Positions 36,753-50,501 of a stretch of DNA of 64,000 bases are shown one piece after another (position 1 is the stretch's first letter; each line of letters starts with the position of its first letter). The DNA lies in NCBI GenBank assembly GCA_010093995.1, contig ML992501.1:830945-894944 (forward strand). The letters are read 5' to 3'. The position numbers were made by a program, and so were the translations under genes. The notes below the pieces were generated by a model that was not told the DNA's origin, did not search any database, and saw only the letters and a list, made by a program, of their open reading frames with translations. Source of the DNA: Elsinoe ampelina. Its lineage: Eukaryota.

Positions 36753-37735
36753 GATGAGAAATATTTGATGAATGTCGTTCCTGTCGAAGGGTGTGCAGTC
36801 ACTGAAAGGTACAGGAATCGCAAGGGCAGAAGATTGAGAAGCGTCAGTCTTGGCGTTCACGGACTTAACGAGGGACATATCCGAGCATCACTTCGGCTAA
36901 AGTAGACAATTGACATTTGAAGAGAAGGACAGTCACGTTGGAAGGCAAATGAAATATCCATGTTCATCATAAATTTACATCAATGAAAAATCCATGATGC
37001 GTGTGTTGCAACTACTGCGATAAGGCATAGCTTTGCCAGCAGGAAATGAGCTCATCTATCACCCCGTGGTTCATTGCCTCGTCCCACGTGTTTGCTGCCC
37101 TACCAGACGAATGCCGACCTCTGACCGGAGCTTGGCGGACACTGGTAGTCCACAGCAATAATTTTGCCACATCTTCGGTGAGCATATTAAGACACTCAAA
37201 TTCGTAGTCTCACGGCAGGATCAAACGCATGAAGATCTCGAGTCATATTCGGACTGCCGATGTGCTGTTGATCTTCGTCTGGAAACTCTGGGAATCTCTG
37301 GCAGACTCCGCACGTGGGAGCGGCTAATCCGTTTCAGGCAAGGCCGCAACTACCTAGGTAGTAGACGGTTCTTCTGGTTCTTCTGCCACTTTTGCTGCTG
37401 ACAAACTCGCTGACCCTGGATTCGGCGTTCACTTGCAGTGACATCGTCGTTCGGTTCTGCCTCCTGCAACTGACAAACGACACTCTGCAAAAGGTTGAAA
37501 TTTCGTTTCTCACTTGTCGCCGGCATTGTCGACGATATCCAAGTGGTAAGTTCACTTCATCCAGTCCAATCCGACCTGTACATCATCGCCGCCGCTTCCG
37601 ATATCTACCCCTCCTCACAGCCAACCCGGCGCCTTCAGACCACCTCGATATTATCACTGTCAGACACTGACTGCTGATTACAGAGACCTTTCAACAAGCG
37701 ACTCAGTCGCATTGCGACACCTGTGTCTATCTTCT

Positions 37736-39810
37736 ATGGCTACAATCGACCTACAAGATCCCCGATACTTGACCGGTAACCAACAAAACCTCCTACGAGC
37801 GGCCCTAGTGTCCAACAACCCTACCGTACAACCCAATCTCAAACAAAACTCCGATAACATGGCTGCACAACTTCAGAACCCCTACGCGACTGCCCAATCG
37901 TTGCAGGGCGTAGATGGACTCAACAACTTCGACTTCGACAATCCCGAGTTTGCCAATTACCTCGACGGAGATACCAGCTTCGACTTTGATGCCTCCGAGC
38001 TTGCCGGACTCGACGCAGAGGAGATCAGAGACATTCATGACAAGAGAAAAGCATCGGATGACGAAGACCAAGACGAAGGTGATGCGAAGCGTGGTGAAGG
38101 AGAGGACAAGCAGCCGAAGAAGCCCGGTCGAAAGCCATTGACTTCGGAACCGACAACCGTAAGCTTAAACCTTGCTCCAATGTCACTTCGTCGTCAACAG
38201 CCACTAATCAATTCACAGAAGCGCAAGGCCCAGAATCGTGCTGCACAGCGGGCTTTCCGCGAGCGCAAGGAGAAGCATCTCAAGGATCTCGAAACGAAGG
38301 TCGCCGAACTGACAAAGTCAACCGAGCATGACAAGCAGGAGAACGGCCTCCTGCGTGCACAGGTCCAGCGGTTGCAGTCTGAGCTCAAGGAATATCGTCG
38401 ACGCATGACTTCGGATGGCAACAGGAAGTCACCACCAAGTCTTGCCAATGGCGTTTCAATGCCGAATCGCAATGAGTTTGCTTTCGAGTTTCCAGTATTC
38501 GGACAGCTGCCAGGCGCAACAACTCAAATCTTCGGCAATAGTAACAGCAATGACTCGACGATCATCAAGCGCGAAGGTAGCGGTTCTCCAGGCGGGGTGA
38601 TCCAGCAATCTCGCCACAACAGTGCCAGTCAAAGCCCGCTCAACCGCGATAACAAAGCCTCTCCTCATCAAAATGGCGCCAACGGCACTCACCGCAGCGA
38701 CTCACAAACCTCGACTGGTATCCAGAGTTTTGCTGGGTTGTTCAGTCCTGGATTGCTCAACAATGTTGCTTCCGCCGGCAACAGTCCAGACTATGGCTTC
38801 CCAAGATCACAAAACTCACCCCAGTCGCAGCATCAAGACAACGGCACAGACACCAACAGCGGTCTCTCAAGAGTCTTCCGCTTCAATAGTGAATCCGCCA
38901 CATCCAACACCGACTCGCCCTCACAATCATCAATGTCCAACTTCAACGCAACCTCCTCTTGCAACACCTCCCCAGCTCCATCACATCCGTCTCCGCCCAA
39001 GGACTCTGTGCCTACGACTAACCCAGGTCTCACACATCATGACTTGTCTTCGTCAAATTGTAAGGCACATCTATGATAAGTTGATGATCAGTTCGCTAAT
39101 ACTTCCAAGCTCTAGCGACGCCATCTACTTTGAACGGCATCGATTGGCTCGCCTCGCAAAACGGTGGTGGCTTTGATCCAGTGCTGTTTGGCGACTATCG
39201 CGAATCACAAGATGCCATTGTTGGTGACGGCGAGTTCAACAATGGTTTCTTCAACGATGCCTTCCCCATCGACTTTGGCTCTCCGCTCAACTTTGGCGTT
39301 GCCAGCCCCAAGCCAACCCCGAACACAATCAACGGCAAGAAGGTCGTTCCCAACCCCAGCAACGTCAAGGCTGCCGCGCAAGAAAAGTCCGAAGCATGCC
39401 AAAAGCTCATGCAACAAGTCGAAAAGTGCTCCGGCGGCGATGAGGACTATGCCACGGCCACCGTCAATCCATCCCGTGTCACCGGCGCGCCCGGAGCTCC
39501 CGGCACCCTCCTCAGCGCAAACACAATCTGGAACCAGCTCCAACACAACAAGGACTTCCAAGACGGCAAATTCGACCTTGACGGTCTCTGCAGCGAACTC
39601 CGCGCCAAAGCTAAGTGCAGCGAGAGCGGTGTCGTCGTGCCCGCCTCAGACGTGGATGTAGCCTTTAAGAAGATGTGCAGTCCCACTCCTGAGGTACCTG
39701 CTGCACCATATCAGAACCACACTCTGGTATGGAACAACGACGATGTCGACGGCGCGATCCAGAACCTCGGAGGAGAGAAGGTAAACTGGGGAGGCTTCGG
39801 TCTGCGGTGA
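37736..39810 (+). CDS. YAP1: AP-1-like bZIP oxidative-stress transcription factor
   Basis: KKPGRKP..KRKAQNRAAQRAFRERKE bZIP; FDPVLFGDYRE; DLDGLCSELRAKAKCSE; introns 38159-38218 and 39060-~39109. Confidence 0.95.
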
Positions 39811-40457
39811 TGGACCACCATCCGTCACTGATGACCAGGACGTCTTTCAGCAAAGGACAGGAAGGGAAAAATTTGTACAAACCAAGCTCGGCCCCCTCCA
39901 CCAGGTGGTCAGCTGACGCGTAACGAACATGCAATAAGCACACACGGACGGCGACACGGGAGGCAGGCGGGCGTGATCAAGCTTGAAGAAAAACCGGGAT
40001 GTCATGATGAAAAGGACGGCTTTGCACCGCGCCACTGGCTTTCTGTCTCTGAGGGACACGATCGATACCGTCGCTCATTCTGACAGGGGATTCAAAGGGA
40101 AAGGGAAACAGGCGCAAAGGGCCGAGGGCGATTGAAATGGTTGTATGATACCGTGGTTCTAGCTTTTGATGCTTCTTTTAGGTCGACGCAATGCAAGACG
40201 TTAAAGATTAGTTTAAGCTTCATTCCCTGTGGCCTCTGCCACCATGTCGGCGTGTACCTGTGTCGGTCTGTGTGTGAATCCGAGTTGTCTCGTATGAGGA
40301 CCGCGATCATGTCATGGGTTGGATTGGGTTTGAGATACAAAAGTATAGATTCCCATTTTTGATATACCTAACAACCAAGCTATGAGCATACAACGACGAT
40401 TCAAATGCGCAGCACCTCCACCTCCTCTCCCCTCTCCCTTCCCTGCAGTACAATGCC

Positions 40458-43400
40458 TCAGCCCCTCCCGACAGCCTTCAAAATCTCACCCCTCGCCTTC
40501 TCCACCCCCTCCTTCGACCCCACAATCTCAATCGCCTCTCCCTCGCCACTGCCTCCCGACCCGCCCCTCCCCTTACCACCAGGCACTTGCACCTTCGTCC
40601 CCGTCTCCTTTCTGATACGATTGATTTCCGCTCCACCAGGCCCAATGACGAGCCTGTAGCTCCTCGGGTCGGGCAGGATGAGAAAGCCGACCGTGTCGCT
40701 CTTTTCAGCTTCGCAAAGCGCGCGCTCGATGCGCTCTTTGGCCTTGTCGACTTCGCTGGCCGAGGGACCGGAGAGGACCCAGGGGATGGTGCCTTCGGTG
40801 TCGGAGTGCAGAGAGTGGGTTTCCCAATGGGGCTCGGCGGAGGGGGCATCGTCTGTGATCAAGGGGAGAGCGGAGCCGGCGCTGCGCTGGGGTGTAGGGG
40901 CCGAGGTCTTGGCTGGTGGCTTCTGGCCGTTGTGGTCGACCGTGACTTTGTGGTCGGAGCGGAGACGACGGAAGAGCTGACCGTTGTCCGAGATGCTGTG
41001 GTGGTACTTGGCTGGAATGGTGATGGTTGTGCCTTCTTGGTCTTTGGTGAGCTCAGCGATGTGCGCCTTCGCCTTCTCAACGTCGGACGGCTGACCAGCA
41101 ATCTTGACTTGCGAGCGAGCGTCACCAGTGACGGTCTGCTTCGGAATGTCGAGAGAAATGTTGAACTTGGATTCCAGCGAGCGGCGGATCTCGCCACCGC
41201 GACCGATGAGCAGGCGATGCTTCTCTGGGGCAACGGTGATGTGCTCTGTCGTTTGGCTGTCGCGGTTCGTAGCAAAGGACTGAATTTGAGAGATGATCTT
41301 GTCTACTACGTCGGAGTCGCCCTCGATCCGGATAGTGTTGGATTCAGTGTCTTCAGCACGAGGGAAGCGAACCATACGGTTGATGCGTTGGCGATCGTCA
41401 GGTCCACCAGCAGAGAGTACAATACGACGAATGCCCTCACCTAAACAGAGTTAGTTTTCGACACCATGGAGTACGAATAGAGCAAGCTTACCTCCTCCGC
41501 CGATGATGGAACGATGGTGCTTCTTGTCAACCTCAATCTCACGAGTCACAGTAGAATCAAAGACCTTTGCGGACTCCTCAATCCGCTTCTTGGCTTCCTC
41601 GACAGCCTTCTTGGTTCCCCTGACCTTGACTTCGGCACGAGCTGACGACGAGTCGCCTTCTCGGTTGTTGGGAACATCGATCTGGGCGCCAGTAGCTAGA
41701 CGCAAAGCTTCAAGCTCACGGCCACCAGATCCAATCAGAGATGGCAGTTGGCTAGTTGCAACGGAGATTGTAGCAGAATGCGAGTTGTCTTTGACGTATT
41801 GCAACAGGCTGAGCAATTCATCCCTAGCCTCGTCCGCACCTTTCTTGGGTCCTCGCACGACTACCTCATCTGGAGCTTGGTTGGATTTGCGTGGCGCTTG
41901 ATCCTCAGCAACAGAGGCATCATCGTCGGCAGTATTGGCAGATCGCGGGAAGTTGATGCGAACTTTGTACCTGTCCTGCAGACGATTCACCTGCGCACCC
42001 TTCGGTCCGATCAAATCCTTGTGGTACTGCGCAGGTATCTTAAGCTGGTGAGTAGCCTCGTCGGCGAGCTTCTTCTCTAGACTCTTGATGTGCGCCTTGC
42101 ATGCATTTGCTTTGGCTTCCGGTCCCTTGATCTCAACCTTGCCGTCGTTGACCTGGATGTCGACATCAAACTCGTCTCGCAATTTCTTGATGTTCGAACC
42201 ACTCTTGCCAATGAGCTGATTAGCGTACTCCTTGGGGAAGTCGAAGCTAAGGGTGAAGCCGCGCTCCAGCTCGTCTTTCTCCTCCTGCTCGATGAAAGCA
42301 ACTAGATTCTTGAACAGCTCTTCAACTGCATCTTGTGGCCCACGCATCGAGACTTGCGGTGCCGCTGCCTTCTTTTGCGCTGGCTGACCGCCTACACGGA
42401 CTTGTACCGGAATCCGACCTTGAGGCAAAGACTCGTGCTGCTTGTTCACATGTCTCCTGATCTTGTCGTGGAACTTGGTCGGCGCATCGAGGTCGCGAGA
42501 AACGATGTTGCTGTGACCTGAAGTCAAACCAAGAATGTGTTGTTGTGCTTCCTTCAATGCTCGCGCGAATTCGTTGGCCTCCTGGGACGACGGTTGTCTC
42601 TTCGAAATCTGGAAGTCGGCAGGGGAGCCACCTTCGTAGATGAGAAGAACCTCTGGTTCGTCCGAAAAGTCGTCAGGCACCAGCAAGTGGACACCATATT
42701 GGTCGCGGACATGCGACGCCGCTTCTTTTCGGAGGTGATTGTGGAAGAAAGGATCAATCGGGACCGGTGCGAATCGCGACGGAGGATGAGCAGATATGAG
42801 ATTCATAATCTCAGAACGAGCACGCATGGCATTTTTGCCGTCCTTGGAGTAGACTTCCCAATTCGTCGATGCATTGCGACCACTCTGCGCGACAATGCGT
42901 GCATTGTGAGCCTTCTCAAGCTCTTCCAGAGCACGTCGTTGTTGCAGATACCTCGTGACGTTGCGGGCATGCGCTTGCGCACCATTCTGAGCATTCGGAA
43001 ATTGACGAGCGATATCAACGCTAGACATGGTCATGGATGAAGCGAGATCCATGACCCGATTCTGGGCCTCCTCAATCTTGTCCGCAGGTCCAACGATGAG
43101 CAGGGTCTCGCTATCCTCATCATCCGGTGGGAAGATGATTGAGCAGCCAGTCTCCTGAAGGAAGTCATGTAAGCCAGCAGCTTTCTCGCCGATGATGAAT
43201 TGATGTCGACCACGCTCGATAGCCATCTGCTCGATGGTGAGCTGGCGACGGAGCTGCTCAACTTGACGCTCGAGCTGCTCGCGGACTTCCTGAGCCGCTC
43301 TACGGTCACCGGAGATGCTGATAGGGAGACGTCCTTGGGGAGCGAATTGGACAGGCTGGCGATTCGAGGGGAGCTGAGGGGCATCGCCAACCACGCGATG

Positions 43401-44441
43401 GTAGTGAGGAATCTGGATCCGAACATCCCTGCCATTCTCGAGAGCACTGGTCCTGACGTTGTGTGGTCCGGCCAAGAAGGGGTAGTACTCGTGGGGAATG
43501 TCCTTGAGGCGCATGTTGACCGAAGAGGTTCTCTCGTTGACAATGGCTTCAATCTCGCGACGAGCCATCTCAGCGGAGATCGCATCGCCCTCGATAACGA
43601 CATCGACAGTGTTGGCGTCGTCGTCATCTGCGAGACCCTCGGCAACATCCTGGCGTGGGACCTGGATCCTCGCTCCAGTGCGCTGACTCAATTTTTGAAT
43701 GGTGCTTCCAGCCTTTCCAATAATGTGTGGGCGAACAGATGCAGGGATAGTGACCTTTGCAGTCTGCTTAGAACCTAGCTCTTTCGCGACCTCCTTGAGT
43801 GCCTGCCTGACAGCCTCGACAGGTCCAGTACCCTCGAAGATGACGTTGCCGCCCTGGCCAGTGAGCATCTTCACCTCGGCTTTCGATCTCCTGTTGATGT
43901 CACGCAGCACCTCGTGGGCGGGCTTTCGGAGCTGGTTCCTGGGAGTGAGTTGAGACGGGGCGAATGAGACCCGCTCGGTATGCTTGCCGGGAAGGTTCAT
44001 GGTGGGCAGTCCGACTGGAGTGACAAATCCAGACGCTGGAGCAGGACCTCGAGAAGCATTGTTCTTCGCAACGCCATTAGTGAAGCCGTTGGGTCCACCA
44101 CCGACATTAACGACGGCTGGCTTCTTTGACCATGTGCTTGGGGCATTGGTGGTCTTGGGAGCGCCGAGGGATGGGAAGAGTTCCTCGGACTTTGTGTCGA
44201 TGGCAGGAGTGGAAGGCTTGGGAGCAGTGGTCTCGGGTTGCTTTCCAGCTGCCTTGTCCGAAATGGGCTGCGATGTACCATTTGTGGTCGAAGGTGGAGG
44301 ATGCTGCAAGTCATCCTCATCGGGTACATCCTCAAGAGTGACGTTATGGTTATGGCCATCGTTGGCAGTGTGCTTTTGCATGAGCTTTTCAGCCATGGTC
44401 AAGCTCTCGCCAGTGCCATTGGCGGTAGATTGAGTAGCCAT
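40458..44441 (-). CDS. SCP160: Multi-KH-domain RNA-binding protein (vigilin)
   Basis: Many KH GxxG repeats (IIGKAG, LIGKSG, LIGPKG, LIGSGG, LIGRGG, VIGPGG); intron 41441-41491. Confidence 0.93.
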
Positions 44442-44986
44442 TGCAATCGCAGTGCTTTCTCAATAGAAGTATCCGTGAGCGTAAATCCGGTAGCGACAAA
44501 TCCGAGCTTGAGTTGGAGAGCTATTGATCGAGTCCGTTCATCAATGCTCGACAGCAGGAAGATATTGTTCGGATTTCTGTGGTCAATTGAATCTGGTATA
44601 GCACTCCGAAGGATCAGTGATCGGTCAGAGACTAGACAGACGTGGCCTTGACTGGTGCCTGAATTTCGAGAAGGGTCGAGCAAATGTCGAAGGTCGAAGC
44701 TCTCGATGGAAATGTAGAGCCAAGAATTTGGGAATTTGGGGGAACGGCAGGGACCGTTCTTGTGGGGCAGAGAAAAAAAGGCAAAGCATCACCACCAGGC
44801 ATCAACCACGTATCATCGTTTGAACTTCATTAATGTCCATTCATCTACGGACACTCCAACCACCTCCCATCATCATCTGTAAAGACGTCTTGACGATCAT
44901 CACTCTAGCTGTATCAGAGCTCTTGTCTTCACGTCTCCACCATCAGCCTCTTCCACTCTTGCAGTCGCCGAACGTCCAACCAACAC

Positions 44987-47481
44987 TCAGAAATTGCCGA
45001 CAGCGAAGCGAAACTGCTTCATTCCCTCCTTCAGCATCTCCTGCCTCTTGAATAACCCCTCGCGCTGCTGCATGACTGCGGACGGCTCGGCCGCCAAGAT
45101 GCGTAGGTCATCAGCACTCATCAGACCGAAGCGAACGGAAGAGATGATTTTGCTTGGAAGATCGCTGACCAAGTGGCGCTCGATGACATGCTTGGTGACG
45201 CTGTTGACAAAGAACTTCAACTCGTCCTGCCTCAGTCAGCACTGTTTCCAGGCTCGGTATGTATCTCGCCTTACCTTATAGTATGCCATGTGACAGATCA
45301 GGGCATCCTCTGCGCTGAACTTATCCATGTCGTTCTCGGTTGTGACCTCGCTCATCATCTTGACAAGTGCCTGAGTAGGAAAGGAGGTTATGGGGCCGCC
45401 CTGGAAATCAGTGCCTTGCCTTCCCTTCTCTCTCAAAAGAGCATCGACCTTACGCTCTTGCATCTTTGCGCGCATCTTCTGGATGGTTGTCGTGTAATAG
45501 TGATTGTAGGTAATGGGATCCCCATTCTTGTCCTTGACAATCTCCATCAGCTCTTCGTGAGCACGGTCGGCGCGTGCTTTCAACTCTGGTTGAACGATGT
45601 TCTGGAGGACCTTGTTGTAGACATCCTCGGTGGTGATGGAACGGAGCAACTGCTCGACAAAGGACGTGCAGAGGTCGACGACCTTATCCACGTGAGCGGC
45701 AGCAAGTTGCTGCCAGGGCTGCGACTGTTCGCGGAAGAGCTGACCAATCATCGCGGGATTGAAGTTGCCTGGAAGTTCGCGCCCACGGCTGCGCTCCAGA
45801 ATCTCCTGAACCCATTTGAGGGCCTCCGAGTGTGACTGGACGAGCTGGAACGACTCTGCTTCCTTATAGTATTTTGCAAGTGTGAAACTGTCCTTCTCTT
45901 TCTCCTCCATCTCCGAGAACTCCGGGGGACCATCGACAACCCTGAATTTAGAGCCGTATTGACGCATCTGACCGGCGAATTGCAAGTTTGCATGCTGGAC
46001 TGCGGCGCGGAGACGAACCACGTTTGACTTGTGCATGACCGGCTGCTTGTGGTCAATCTTTGAGAGAAACTCCAGCTCGTAGTGTCCCGCCACAGCAGCG
46101 CTGGCGATCTTCTCGAATTCCTGCCCGACAACCATGAGATACTGCTTCTGTTCCTCGGTGGTTGCACGCGCGTGGCCGAGCTTGTCGAGTGCCTGCTGCG
46201 TTTCCTGATGCTTCTCCTTGAGCTCCTTCTGCAGAAGTGGAAGTTCCTTGGTCAAGTGCTCGTAAAGAAGAGTGCTCAAGCGGGTCCGCAGTGTCTCGAT
46301 GCCGACCATCTCCCGGTCCAAGCTGCGAAAGGATCCAGAGCTGAAGAAGGCCTTCTCGGTCTTATCGCGATACTCCAGCGACTCTTCCATCTCCTTGGGG
46401 TTTCTATAGGGGTCAGCATCTGCTATGGACGTGGAAAGAGCTGGTAATCAAAGTGGTATGGTGCGACTGACCTGTTGCGTAACATGTGCCATCCTAACCC
46501 GAAGATGACGTCCTTGTTCTGCGTCAACTCGATCCAGCTCTTTTCATTGTCTGTTCCTGGCTCCAAGACATCGGTCTTTGTGATAATGCCGAGCGTGCGG
46601 TCACCTGCACCCAGATCACGAGCTTTACTCAGGACAATCTGATTCGCGACGTCATTCTTGGCGGAAACGACGGCCAGGACGATGGTGCGCTTTTCTTTGA
46701 TGTAGTCCTCGACGAGTTCCTGAATCAACTTGACGTCGTCACGACTCTGATACTTGGTCTCGCTATGAATCAAGCCTGGTAGGTCGACGAGGGTAAGCTG
46801 AGGGCGTGTGGGGCCGGAGATCTCGATGCTCAGGACGTCGCGGGAGAAGGCATGAGGCTGAAACTGATCTGGAGTGTTCAGACCCATAGCATCCGTAGCA
46901 CGTTCCATTAGATCACCCAGCTTGCTGAAGTCGTCGAGCTTGAGATCAAGAGCCTTGAGCTTTTCCTGCTCCTCTTGCGAGCGAAATTTGTCTGGGATGA
47001 TAGCGACAGAGATCCCCTCAGCCTTTGCACGGCGCATGACAATTTGGGTGGCGAAGCGGGTACACAGGTTTTCCTTGCGCGGAAATGGGATGCCAGTGAT
47101 TGCTTCGAGAGTGGAAGACTTTCCTGAAGACTGATCGCCGACTGTGACGATTTGAGGCAGTTGGACGATTGAACCAAGACCGGCCTTACGAAGGCGGTCG
47201 ACTGTGTCCATGACCTTACGAGCGTCTTCATTTTGGAGTGACTCCAATGAATCGTTCGATAAAGGCGGCGCTGGGGAGGTCATACTACCACGATCAGCGA
47301 ATGCCCGGCTACAGGCCTGACAGGTGATATGGTACCCTGCGGTAGTGTTCACCGGACCAGGTGAGTGGGACAGAGTTGATTCGCCCGAATCGGGTGTGAG
47401 AATGCCGGTAGATCCAGTGGATCGTGGAGACCCAGGCGTATCAATGGACTGGTCAAGACTGAGTAGACCGTCGATGGGCAT
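44987..47481 (-). CDS. Mx-like dynamin-related GTPase (fungal accessory DRP family)
   Basis: LPQIVTVGDQSSGKSS, LCTRF, DLPG, TKTD, RGRELPG, PITYNHY, C-terminal GED; two introns; start could instead be 47283. Confidence 0.92.
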
Positions 47482-49025
47482 GGAACGTGGTCGAAATGTA
47501 AGGTGAAGTGAATCTATGTGATAGCTGGTGGTGAGAAGAGGAAGGTGAAGTTTCTGAAGTGCGCGAAGATTTTTCAAGGACGTGGGCGTTTGTTCACATG
47601 CCAGCCACTCTGCTAACACGGCGGGCCACCAGCAGCAAACGAGAAGCCTTCACCTGAATCATCCATCAGCTACATTCACATCACATGGCCGCTGCTGACC
47701 ACGTCATCTACTCATTGACACGATTGTTGCTGGTCAGATGGCGAAGTGTTGTGGTTAGATCTAGTCCCGCGGGAGATCACGTATGATGATTCGACAGAGG
47801 CGGTCGAAAATGTTGTTGCACGCACAGCCATCAATGAGGTCTTGGGACATCATGGAATTCTAAGACTTCTTGAGAGACTGGGTACGGTGTGAAGGGCACA
47901 TCGAGTGTAGCCATAGGAGAGCACATACCATTTGGATCACGAGAGAACGAGAACATCAGAGCGAACCACGATGCCTGGGACGGATATCAGATGCAAGTAA
48001 ACACACGGGAGGGAGACGCTCCGACAGATAGAAGAGTTCGAAGGTCCGTTGTGCGGGTATGGCTTTGAACCATGTCTGAGGTTTGAGAAGATTTATGCGT
48101 AATGCTCCTGTAGGCATCTTATGCAACCCCCCGGTGATGTGAACGCCAGCTCATCCATAATCCACCTTACAAGATTGTACCGGATGCTGGCGGGCTCGAT
48201 GCCAGGCTGCAAGGTCGATCATGTACAAAGGCCTCCTGTTGAGCCGGTTCTGCAACATGAAGCCGTCCATGCTGGCGGACTAGGAATCAGATCGATAGAT
48301 GGAGCAATGGGACTTGCATCGCTTGCCATAAGATACACAGCCAAGCATGACCAGTTGTTTTTACTGAATCCGTTGGTAATTTCTTTGATCCCGCGTGACG
48401 GACGAGATGCGATGAATATCAAAGGGCGGAGATTTGAGACCACGCGGGATGCACAAGTTTCAAGTGGGGATGCACAACCAGCACAAAGTTGCTTCAGCCA
48501 ATCAGATCAGCCGGAAATCAGGAAGTGATGGAAATCCCGAGCGATGGATGCTTTTACCCCATCGCGGAAGGGAAAGCGAAGACAGGAAGCACCACTTGAG
48601 GAGACATCTGCATTCCATGTGGCATCCATGTGGAATGTGACTTGCAAGATATACTAGAAGTGCACGTTTGGTACTTGACCATTACCCTATGTCGTCGGAT
48701 ATGAATTCCTGATGATCGATTAACTGACGGAACGAGTCCGCAGAGGAAGTTCAACAAGTCGCGTCGGCCAGTCAAGAGCGGCCCAAAACCCTGCTCTTCC
48801 TGAACGTGGCAGGCTGACCCTTAGGGCCTTGAGGTAACCTAGCTTCTCTCCACCTTCAACCAACCTTGAAGTGCCGTGACAATTTTCCCCAAGCCCGAGC
48901 TATCCCCCACTTCACCCAATTCCACCTCCAGACCAATTCTTTATCTCATTCTTCGACACAGTCGCACCTCCTCGTCGACCTAAAGTTCTTCCTCCTGCCA
49001 TAATTCCACACACTCAACCGCCAAA

Positions 49026-49707
49026 ATGAGCGACACAAAGTCTCTCTCCTACTCGGACGTCGCCGAGCACAACACCAAGAAGGACCTCTATGTGGTAGTT
49101 CACGACAAGGTGTACAATGCCAGCTCTTTCGTAGATGAGCACCCGTACGTCTTCCTCCTCGTCTCTGTCAAGACCTTTGCCTTCAGTCTCTCCCTGTCAT
49201 TTTCCGACCACCCCAAATACCTCTACCCCACATCCGACAAAGTGGCCTGATCCGAATGCTAACACTCATTCAGCGGTGGAGAGGAAGTCCTCCTTGACGT
49301 CGGCGGCCAAGACGCAACCGAAGCCTTCGAGGATGTCGGCCACAGCGACGAGGCCCGCGAGATCCTCAACGGCATGCTCGTAGGCGACTTGAAGAGACAG
49401 GTGAGATCTTACCCCAACCCGAGCACGGGAGCCTTATCTTACCCTACCCGAACACACTCCCACATCTCACCCTCTCATTTTAAGGCTGGATGAAGACTTA
49501 CAAGAGCAACGCTGACCACTCAACCAGCCAGGCGATCCAGCCCCAAAGACCCACTCCACCACATCTACCTCCACTCCCTCTTCCTCCACAGGCGGCGGTC
49601 TCTCCGGCTCCACCGCCATCATCGCCCTGATCGTCGCCTCCGCGGCCGCATACTTCGGCTACACCTTCCTCGCGACTCAGCAGCAGACTGGCGCCGGCAA
49701 GCAGTAG
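49026..49707 (+). CDS. CYB5: Cytochrome b5, tail-anchored
   Basis: [24 protein letters not shown]; exons 49026-49144, 49274-49400, 49528-49707; C-terminal TM. Confidence 0.95.
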
Positions 49708-50501
49708 AGCCTCCCTTCCTGGCCCTAGAAGAGTCTGCAGGCGGAGCTTTCATACGCGGCATCACTTGCACGGTTCTTGGGGGAGAAAGTCTTGGGGTTC
49801 TTCGTGAAATACAAGAACAGGACTTTCTCGGATAATCTGGAGACTCTTTTCTATTTGATCTTTTACTGGCCGGCTTAGTGGGCAGCGACTGGAGAGCCAT
49901 TGTTGAGGTTGCTTCGGGCCCGGTTTAGAGCAAGACGGCAGGCTGTCAGAGTGGGCGCTCGGCAGGAGGAGTATGACGAACAGCAGGGTGGGGAGCGGGA
50001 GGCTATGCAGGGGGAGTCGCAAACAGGTGGGCGAGGAGGAAGGGTCAGGAGGGGAGCGGCGGCGAGGAAGCAGGCATTCAGGGTGAACAGGCGGCGGTGA
50101 CTACTACTGCGCCTGTCAAGGACACGTTCGTTGGCAGACCACTCATAGTCTTTCGTTGCGGCTCGTGGATATCGTGAAGCACTGCCTTATGGCTCCTCGT
50201 TCTTGGGATAAACAGTAGATATCCGGCTTTTCCTTTTCTGATACTTCAACACGAGTATTCATCTTCATTCAACATCCAGCTTGATCCTCTGAATCCGGCA
50301 ACTACTCTCGTGTGTATCAGTCATCTCCGTCTCATACAGCTTCCGAATCGTACAGAGGTAAAGTGCGTAACATTCAGATTTCGCTAATAGTCAAACCCCC
50401 AACCTTTTCCCCCTCTGCCTCCCTCTTCCTCTGCCTTCCCTGTCCCCCTTGCTCACTCCCGCTTCTCTCAACCCATCTCCCACCTAGCCTCCCCCGAACA
50501 C

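Noticed and set aside
8900..47500. Starship giant transposon (patatin, dynamin and kinase genes resemble cargo)
   Set aside because: No DUF3435 tyrosine-recombinase captain or boundary repeats seen, and these genes are interleaved with core genes.
47620..48800. Short ORFs between the dynamin and cytochrome b5 genes
   Set aside because: No recognisable motif, codon bias or consistent splice model.
49762..50100. Small secreted-looking ORF (49762-50022, minus strand)
   Set aside because: Starts at TTG with no ATG; the Leu/Pro content is explained by the local nucleotide skew.
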